A stretch of 64,000 nt of DNA, taken from an uncultured bacterium (GTDB lineage Bacteria > Zixibacteria > MSB-5A5 > CAIYYT01). A model generated the notes under the pieces. That model saw only the letters and a program-made list of their open reading frames with translations. It was not told the origin of the DNA and made no database searches. This document shows, piece by piece, positions 58,212-64,000 of the stretch. Position 1 is the first letter of the stretch; each line of letters starts with the position of its first letter. Location: positions 832,001 through 896,000 of the forward strand of contig CAVSCK010000004.1 of NCBI GenBank assembly GCA_963726455.1. Direction: 5' to 3'. Position numbers and translations under genes: made by a program.

Positions 58212-58272
58212 TGTCGAAACCCAGGCAAGCGTGTCATATGCGCCCCGGAATTCCATCGGGGTTTCGAGCTAC
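58212..58272 (-). repeat. REP-like hairpin, family C
   Basis: Minus strand GTAG-CTCGAAACCCC-GATGGAA...GCCT-GGGTTTCGACA. Confidence 0.7.
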
Positions 58273-58276
58273 GGGA

Positions 58277-58528
58277 CTAACCAGAAGGCAAAGATTTGCC
58301 ACAGGATTGGCAGAAATTGCCATTGATGTTGGTTTGACGGCGGCAATTGGGACAAGTGAACGTATCGCTCGGCTCTGCGTAACTCTTTATGTCAGCCAAG
58401 AGATCGACGATACGATTGATCTTCCAGTACCAACACATGAATTCGCGCAATAGGGCAAAAAGAAATACGAAGATAGCCACAACGATAATGAGAGCTACTA
58501 TCGGGTTATCAGAGACAGATGAAAACAT
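58277..58528 (-). CDS. Small membrane protein with C-terminal zinc ribbon
   Basis: TM helix, 'WYWKINRIVDLL.DI', CPNC...FCQSCG; start moved out of the repeat. Confidence 0.75.
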   Translation of the reverse strand: MFSSVSDNPIVALIIVVAIFVFLFALLREFMCWYWKINRIVDLLADIKSYAEPSDTFTCPNCRRQTNINGNFCQSCGKSLPSG

Positions 58529-58581
58529 GATACGTGTCCTTTCTATGCGGTAATAACTAATCTTCCCTTTGGAGTAGTCTC

Positions 58582-58746
58582 GTAGGTCGGGTTTGCAGCG
58601 GAGCGCCAAACCCGACATGAGTCACTTAGCCGAAAGTGTCGGGTTCTCTCGTCAGCAGAAGCAACGCAGGTCGTCGATTCGTCAGAGCCGGTGACTCGGC
58701 ATGCGCAAGTGACATGGCAACCAGCCGACTCGCGAACCCGACCTAC
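58582..58746. mobile_element. REPIN/MITE-like element, family B copy 2 (165 bp)
   Basis: Direct repeat of 57649-57814. Confidence 0.75.
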
Positions 58747-58915
58747 GAAACTGATCACTTACAATCTTGCTGAGCAGTTCATTATTCTCAAGAGCAAGGG
58801 TCTTAAGTTGGGCTTCTCGGTCTATTCTACTATCTCGGCTACCTGCCGCGCTGACCAGACCGTTTCAATCGAACTCAGATTCGAGGCGAGAAGACTAGTC
58901 TCGTCGCGGACCAAT

Positions 58916-59662
58916 TCAAAACTCCAGCGGCCATGTTTTGCCATAGCCATCTGTGAATTCGACTCTCTTGAAGCCCAGGTTCTCTAACTGATCCAAGAAC
59001 TGCCCGTTCTTAGACAATTCGTTGGCCATCACCCTTCCCATCAGTACGTATGTGATTTGAAGCGTCGTATTATCTTCCCCGATTGCGGACACGCGCGTGT
59101 CCATCTTGGCAGTGTTAAGCAAACGGTTCTCCAATTCGGCCGCATACTGCTGTCGTTCTTGAGAACAACGGAGACCATCTGCCTTGACTTTGTCAAAAGA
59201 CTGACTGAATTCGTCACGTAATCCTACAACTCCGCCAACGCAGGAAAGCGATGCGATTCGGTACATTTGGTAGGAAATTGGAGCGCACCCGTACCCTTCT
59301 GCAACAATGTCTACTTGGCTGTTTCGCAGCTTCATGGAATCCAGGTGGAATCTGACATCTGTCACGAATTTCGTAGCTTTGATTCTCGACTTCCACGCTT
59401 CTCTTACAAGACACACTTCGACGATATTTTGAACATAGTCTCTTCGAACAAATTGCAGCAGAGGTTCGTAGAGAAATTTCTGGCGCAGGGACGCTTCTAC
59501 GACGCTCATTTCTACCAGTTTCGCGGTTGCAACGGAGTCGTTGAGGGGAACTACCGTAGCAGAGGGCGACCAGAGACTGATCGGATCCCTTTTGGCGATC
59601 GAAAGAACCAGAACTACAAGCGCCAACATAGTACCCGCGAACAACAAAATTTTGGACTTCAT
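58916..59662 (-). CDS. Hypothetical membrane-anchored/secreted protein
   Basis: N-terminal hydrophobic segment; 248-aa ORF; TTGACA-N17-TACATT upstream. Confidence 0.6.
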   Translation of the reverse strand: MKSKILLFAGTMLALVVLVLSIAKRDPISLWSPSATVVPLNDSVATAKLVEMSVVEASLRQKFLYEPLLQFVRRDYVQNIVEVCLVREAWKSRIKATKFVTDVRFHLDSMKLRNSQVDIVAEGYGCAPISYQMYRIASLSCVGGVVGLRDEFSQSFDKVKADGLRCSQERQQYAAELENRLLNTAKMDTRVSAIGEDNTTLQITYVLMGRVMANELSKNGQFLDQLENLGFKRVEFTDGYGKTWPLEF

Positions 59663-59783
59663 ATGTCTTGCCGGCTCAGTCCCTGCGAGCTATTGCAGCT
59701 TGGATAGTCACTTGCCCGCACCTAACCTCGTGTTTTCACCAAGATTATTTAGAATGTAGCCAATTACGTTGAGATTGTCAAAC

Positions 59784-59810
59784 AAAAAACCCCGCTCTCT
59801 CGAGCTGGGT
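59784..59810 (-). terminator. Rho-independent terminator (probably the original tRNA-Pro terminator)
   Basis: ACCCAGCTC-GAGA-GAGCGGGGT followed by T-tract, 12 nt beyond the duplicated tRNA end. Confidence 0.7.
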
Positions 59811-59822
59811 CTCTCATTCAAG

Positions 59823-59850
59823 ATCGGGGCGAGTAGATTTGAACTGCCGA
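59823..59850 (-). repeat. att-like duplication of tRNA-Pro 3' end
   Basis: 27/28 identical to 60542-60569. Confidence 0.9.
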
Positions 59851-59868
59851 AACGGTAATGAGAGACAA

Positions 59869-60465
59869 CTATTTTGTGTAACAACGGAAAGTGATGCCGG
59901 CGAGGAAATGCATCGACCAGAAGCCATTGAACTTCTGTGGAATCCAGGCGCCGGTCAACGAAAGGGAGTACATGTCATTGATGGGATACTCGTACGAAAC
60001 GGCAGTCTGCAAACCGATGAGAATATGCTGGTCATATAGCCGGAGATTATTCGGGAGACCATACTTGAGAGTCAGAGTGCCGAAAGTGGGACCGCCCGCG
60101 AGAAGCAGTCGCGGCCGCGGTCGCAGGCCGATCACGAACGAAAAGCGGTAAGTTTCTGCCTGCTGACGACCCGGTTCGACGCGACTCAGTCTGGTCACGA
60201 AACCGGACAGGCCGACGCTGCCCTCCACAAGATCAGTAAATCTGTAGCCGATAGCGCCATCGAATGCAAGTCCCGATTCACCGTCAAAAATGGCGTACAT
60301 GGAATCGAAATATGCGAGGCCAATCCTGGCGCTGTGATGAGATTGGCCGGCACCAAGACCGAATTGGAGGAATATGCGACCCTGCTCGCCGCGGGCGTGT
60401 CCGCACGTGATTATGACCGTCAAGGTCAGGATTAGTATGAGCCACTGATGTTTGTGCGGGGGCAG
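59869..60465 (-). CDS. Small outer-membrane beta-barrel-like protein (start uncertain, possibly CTG)
   Basis: GGGAGG 9 nt before in-frame CTG; signal-like segment; amphipathic G/aromatic strands. Confidence 0.55.
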   Translation of the reverse strand: MPPHKHQWLILILTLTVIITCGHARGEQGRIFLQFGLGAGQSHHSARIGLAYFDSMYAIFDGESGLAFDGAIGYRFTDLVEGSVGLSGFVTRLSRVEPGRQQAETYRFSFVIGLRPRPRLLLAGGPTFGTLTLKYGLPNNLRLYDQHILIGLQTAVSYEYPINDMYSLSLTGAWIPQKFNGFWSMHFLAGITFRCYTK

Positions 60466-60542
60466 TTTGCGATACCTCCCTATTATTAAGAAATCTTGTG
60501 GAATGCGATCAAACTGGCTGACCAAGTCAGCTTCTGATAAAA

Positions 60543-60616
60543 TCGGGGCGAGCAGATTTGAACTGCCGACCACTCGCACCCCAAGCGAGTGCGCTACCGG
60601 GCTGCGCCACGCCCCG
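60543..60616 (-). tRNA. tRNA-Pro(GGG)
   Basis: Cloverleaf CGGGGCG...CGCCCCG-A; anticodon arm CTCGC-TTGGGGT-GCGAG; TTCAAAT T-loop; CCA not encoded. Confidence 0.97.
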
Positions 60617-60628
60617 AATATCTATCTT

Positions 60629-60653
60629 GGATTCCCGCCTTCGCGGGAATGAC
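60629..60653. repeat. dRS3-like palindrome
   Basis: GG-ATTCCC-GCCTTCGC-GGGAAT-GAC (ATTCCC-N8-GGGAAT). Confidence 0.65.
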
Positions 60654-60677
60654 AAGTTCAAGAAATGCTGAGAAAGA

Positions 60678-61049
60678 TCAGCGAACGTCGTCGCCGTTGT
60701 GGTTCGACATCAGACGTTCAAGTTCCATGAGCTCACGCTTGATCTGTTCCAACAGCCCTACCAGCTTGTCCTCACGGCGGACTTCGCCGACCGTCTCGGA
60801 GAGCTTCTGGCGGGCGCCCTCAATCGTGTAGCCCTCTTCATATAACAGATTCTTGATGCGATTGACAAGCGTAATTTCGCGTTTCTGATAAGTGCGATTG
60901 CCGCCGCGGTTCTTCTTGGGACGCAACTGCGGAAATTCCTTCTCCCAGAACCGCAGGACATACGGCTTGACATCCGTCATCTCTGCCACTTCAGAGATCG
61001 AGTAGTAAAGCTTCTCTTCACCGTTTTTCAAGGATCCACTCACTCTCAA
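60678..61049 (-). CDS. MerR-family regulator (type commonly linked to tRNA-Pro)
   Basis: 'KLYYSISEVA...YVLRFWEKEF..L.P.K...G.R.Y...LLYEEGYTIEGA'. Confidence 0.92.
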   Translation of the reverse strand: MRVSGSLKNGEEKLYYSISEVAEMTDVKPYVLRFWEKEFPQLRPKKNRGGNRTYQKREITLVNRIKNLLYEEGYTIEGARQKLSETVGEVRREDKLVGLLEQIKRELMELERLMSNHNGDDVR

Positions 61050-61056
61050 GGCTTCC

Positions 61057-62061
61057 CTAAGCGTATACCTCTCTCTTCAGTTCACGTGTCATCAACTCGG
61101 ACAAGGCCTCCATCGGCGGCTTGTCCTCGAATAACACCTTATGCACCTGCTGGATAATCGGAATCTCGACCTGATGTTTCTCAGCCACCCGCACGGCGGC
61201 GCGCGTGGTCTCGACACCCTCGGCAACCATGGTCATGGACGCCAGAATGCCGGCCAGTTTCTCGCCGCGGCCGATTCGTTCGCCGACGAGTCGATTGCGG
61301 CTGTGCTGTGATATGCAGGTCGTAACCAGATCGCCCAGGCCGGACAGACCGGCAAACGTTTCGGGGCGAGCTCCCATTCTCACTCCTAAACGCGTGATCT
61401 CTGCCAGCCCCCTGGTCAAAAGTGCTCCCATGGTATTATCGCCGAGGCGCAGACCGTATAACATGCCGGCCGCCACGGCGATCGGATTCTTAAGGGCGCC
61501 GCCTAGCTCAACGCCCACCAAATCATCAGAACTATAAACACGAAATGTCGGGGTGGAAAGCAGATGCTGGACTTCAATCACGGCATCAGTTGAAGTTCCG
61601 GCGGCAACCACCGAGGTCGGAATCTGGCGAGCCACCTCTTCAGCGTGTGAAGGACCAGAAACCGCCATAATATTGCGGACCCGTTCGCCGAGAACTTCAT
61701 GCGCTACTTCCGAAACCCGGTGCAAGCTGCTGACCTCAATTCCCTTGGCCAGCCCGATCAAAATTTCAATCGCCCGATCGGTTTTGCGTAGTTGCTCGCA
61801 AAGGCCTCGCACGTGTTGCGCGGGCACCGCCGCAAACATGATGTCCGAATATCCGGCAGCATCATTCAAATTGTCAGTGAGTTCGATAGCGGGATGAATC
61901 TTGACGCCGGGCAGACGCGACTTGTCCTCGCGCGTAACCGGTAAATCCGCAGGAGTCGTGGGCGCATGCATCCAAAGCGCTACCTTATAATCCTGCGACG
62001 CGAGCAGGTTCGCTATTGCGATGCCCCAGCTTCCTGCACCTAAGACGGTAAGGTTTTTCAT
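61057..62061 (-). CDS. gpsA: NAD(P)H-dependent glycerol-3-phosphate dehydrogenase
   Basis: GAGSWG, KGIE, SGPSHA, GALKN, GLGDL, SRN. Confidence 0.96.
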   Translation of the reverse strand: MKNLTVLGAGSWGIAIANLLASQDYKVALWMHAPTTPADLPVTREDKSRLPGVKIHPAIELTDNLNDAAGYSDIMFAAVPAQHVRGLCEQLRKTDRAIEILIGLAKGIEVSSLHRVSEVAHEVLGERVRNIMAVSGPSHAEEVARQIPTSVVAAGTSTDAVIEVQHLLSTPTFRVYSSDDLVGVELGGALKNPIAVAAGMLYGLRLGDNTMGALLTRGLAEITRLGVRMGARPETFAGLSGLGDLVTTCISQHSRNRLVGERIGRGEKLAGILASMTMVAEGVETTRAAVRVAEKHQVEIPIIQQVHKVLFEDKPPMEALSELMTRELKREVYA

Positions 62062-62109
62062 CCTACTTGGACTAGATCCAGGTCCTTTATGTTTTCGACC
62101 GATAGTTAA

Positions 62110-62718
62110 TCAGTGGGACAGTTTGCGCTCTTCACCCTTGATCAACCTGCGTATGTTTGCCCGGTGGGTGAATAATACCAAAAGGGTGACGCCTATGCAA
62201 GCGGAAAGTAAAAGGGGTGAGACATTTTTTGCCATTAAGTACTTTTCAATTAGGACAATTACTGAAAGTGATACTCCAGCTATGATCGATCCCACGGAGA
62301 CGATGCGAGTTAGTACGAATCCGATCGCAAACACTCCGGCACAGATCGCGATCTCGGCAGGCAGTAGCACCGCGAACATCCCCAGCAAGGTGTTAACTCC
62401 CTTGCCACCTTTGAACCGCGTGAAGATCGGCAGAATGTGACCGATGACTGCCGCAAACCCACTCGCTATCTGCAACCATTGCACACCTGGGAAGAAGTAG
62501 CTTGCTCCAAGCACCGGCAAGACCCCCTTGGAGACATCAAGCGCCGACGCCAACACTGCTGCCACCGGCCCGGCCACCCGATAGACGTTCGTAGCGCCGG
62601 CATTTCCCGATCCGCGCGTACGTATGTCTACGCCCGAAAATACGTATCCGACGGTGACCGAGAAGGGTATGGATCCCAACAGGTAAGAAGCAATTATGTA
62701 CAGTATTATATTAAGCAT
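62110..62718 (-). CDS. plsY: Glycerol-3-phosphate acyltransferase PlsY
   Basis: 'YLLGSIP', 'GSGNAGATN..R', 'FKGGKGV', 'HRANI.RL..GEE'. Confidence 0.96.
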   Translation of the reverse strand: MLNIILYIIASYLLGSIPFSVTVGYVFSGVDIRTRGSGNAGATNVYRVAGPVAAVLASALDVSKGVLPVLGASYFFPGVQWLQIASGFAAVIGHILPIFTRFKGGKGVNTLLGMFAVLLPAEIAICAGVFAIGFVLTRIVSVGSIIAGVSLSVIVLIEKYLMAKNVSPLLLSACIGVTLLVLFTHRANIRRLIKGEERKLSH

Positions 62719-62857
62719 CGTTCGTGTATTCTACGCGGTGAATCAAGATAGTGCCAGTGCCATGATCGTCAAGTGCCGCCGAGAAAGGACTCCTGACGGC
62801 GCGGTAAATCCCGGTATCAACTCGTGAGTCATCCTCTGAATTCTTAAAGGCACACAG

Positions 62858-63220
62858 CTATTTCCCCACGATCGCTTTCATCTTCTCCAGCAATCGGTCG
62901 AGTTCCTCCTTGTTGATCTTGCCGTCCCTGACATCGTCCTGAAGCTCCTTGGCAAACGCCTGCACTTCGGCCTGCTTGGCCTTATCATTGAGCGCCCCGG
63001 ATTTGATAGCATTCTTGAAATCACCAAAAGCTGCTTTAATGTCATCCGGCTGGTAACCTTCCGGCAGATCCTTGAGCACTATGTCTTGCAGCGTATCGAT
63101 CGAGCGCTCGATTACGGCCGTGCGCATACCCGGACAGAGTGAGAAGCTAAGGAATATGCCGCCGACGACCAGTACCAGTATGGCGCCTATAACCAAAAGA
63201 ATCTTACAACCCATGCCCAT
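62858..63220 (-). CDS. Hypothetical membrane-anchored protein
   Basis: AAGGAG RBS; 'GC' plus TM helix, helical C-terminus. Confidence 0.65.
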   Translation of the reverse strand: MGMGCKILLVIGAILVLVVGGIFLSFSLCPGMRTAVIERSIDTLQDIVLKDLPEGYQPDDIKAAFGDFKNAIKSGALNDKAKQAEVQAFAKELQDDVRDGKINKEELDRLLEKMKAIVGK

Positions 63221-63341
63221 TTTGTTCTATCTCCTTATCTCGAGTTCACCGAATTTCGATCTAAAGACTGCCAATCACTTGCCGCCAATCTACATTCCTG
63301 TTGATTGCTTGACAATCGACTTCTGCAAGCCAATTGCGAAC

Positions 63342-63372
63342 AAAAAAAAGAGGCGATGCAAACACCGCCTCT
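63342..63372 (-). terminator. Terminator after rplQ
   Basis: AGAGGCGGTG-TTTG-CATCGCCTCT followed by T-tract. Confidence 0.85.
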
Positions 63373-63404
63373 CACTATCTACCAGTACAGGTATTCCTAT
63401 CGGA

Positions 63405-63971
63405 TCAGGACTTTTCCTTCTCGCCGCCGGTCGACTCAGTGTCTTCTTCGATTTCCTCGACCTCGGCTTCTTCCGCTTCCTTGGCCGCTTTCGCAGCTTT
63501 CGGCTTGGCAATTGCCTTCTTGGCGGGGGCCGCTTTGCTGCCGCCACGCTTCAGCTTGCCGGAGAGCTTCTTGAGACGGCTTTCCTTCTTCTCGACGGTT
63601 TCTTTCTCTTTCGGCTTCTCGATTAGAAGTTCGACCACCGATACCTCGGCGCTGTCGCCCTTGCGGAATCCAGCTTTTACCACACGGCTGAAACCAGACT
63701 TGCGGTCTGCCAGCTTGGGGATGATTTCCTGGAACAGCTTCTTGAGAGCTTCCTTGTCGCGAACCACACTGGCAACCTGACGCTTGCTGTGCAGCGAACC
63801 TTCCTTGGCGGTTGAGATCAGACGATCAACCAACGGACGGAGCGCCTTGGCTCTCGGAGTAGTGGTTGTGACCTTAGAGTGCAGGAACAGCGACGCAGCC
63901 ATATTGGCGAGCATCGCATCGCGATGGCTGGCAGTCCGACTCAGTTTTGGCGTTTTTCTCCCGTGTGGCAC
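63405..63971 (-). CDS. rplQ: 50S ribosomal protein L17 with long C-terminal extension
   Basis: 'KLSRTASHR.AML.N', 'TTT.RAK', 'GFSR....GFRKGD.A'; GTG start after AGGAG. Confidence 0.95.
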   Translation of the reverse strand: MPHGRKTPKLSRTASHRDAMLANMAASLFLHSKVTTTTPRAKALRPLVDRLISTAKEGSLHSKRQVASVVRDKEALKKLFQEIIPKLADRKSGFSRVVKAGFRKGDSAEVSVVELLIEKPKEKETVEKKESRLKKLSGKLKRGGSKAAPAKKAIAKPKAAKAAKEAEEAEVEEIEEDTESTGGEKEKS

Positions 63972-63983
63972 AGCTATAGACTC

Positions 63984-64000
63984 CTAATTCTGCTCAACCA
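63984..64000 (-). CDS. Probable last codons of upstream gene (rpoA by synteny), truncated by the window edge
   Basis: ...VEQN* with the stop overlapping the rplQ RBS; identity inferred only from the usual rpoA-rplQ order. Confidence 0.35.

Noticed and set aside
51833-58746. Repeats as a CRISPR array
   Set aside because: Spacing is irregular (tens to thousands of bp), the intervals contain genes, and there are no cas genes
46000-59822. Whole accessory region as one tRNA-anchored island
   Set aside because: No second att copy was found at the left boundary and there is no integrase; only the 0.7-kb islet is bounded by repeats
59869-60579. ORF-track start at 60579 giving a protein overlapping the tRNA
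   Set aside because: The first codons are tRNA sequence; the signal-like segment and RBS lie near 60465-60480

Overview
Bacterial chromosomal window, most likely from an FCB-superphylum lineage such as candidate division Zixibacteria. This is an inference from five proteins ending in 'GDANxDxxVDISDAVYLIxYIFxGGPAP' dockerin-like repeats plus a 'QNYPNPFNP' T9SS/FlgD-type C-terminal tag. 1-24 kb: envelope genes (OM barrel, MFS, M23-dockerin, FG-GAP-dockerin, CTD-tagged repeat protein, PBP1A, Yip1-TolC-MFP-ABC efflux operon). 24-33 kb: housekeeping (dtd-maf-rodZ-smc-ftsY-yjbQ-rlmH, rpiB). 33-46 kb: acyl-CoA/branched-chain cluster in which an archaeal-type HMG-CoA synthase/thiolase/DUF35 triad sits directly upstream of methylcrotonyl-CoA carboxylase and methylglutaconyl-CoA hydratase genes. 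No HMG-CoA lyase is present, and a Rex-like operator precedes thl-hbd. 46-60.5 kb: accessory region next to tRNA-Pro(GGG) with three related REP/REPIN-like hairpin families separating single genes, three tandem FG-GAP-dockerin paralogues (one apparently chimeric, with a half dockerin), an unannotated 37-aa charged peptide and a one-gene islet bounded by a duplicated tRNA 3' end. End: merR-like gene, gpsA, plsY, rplQ. Five single-base +1 frameshifts are probably sequencing errors. No CRISPR, integrase, transposase or reverse transcriptase was seen. All family assignments are by motif recognition; no database searches were run.
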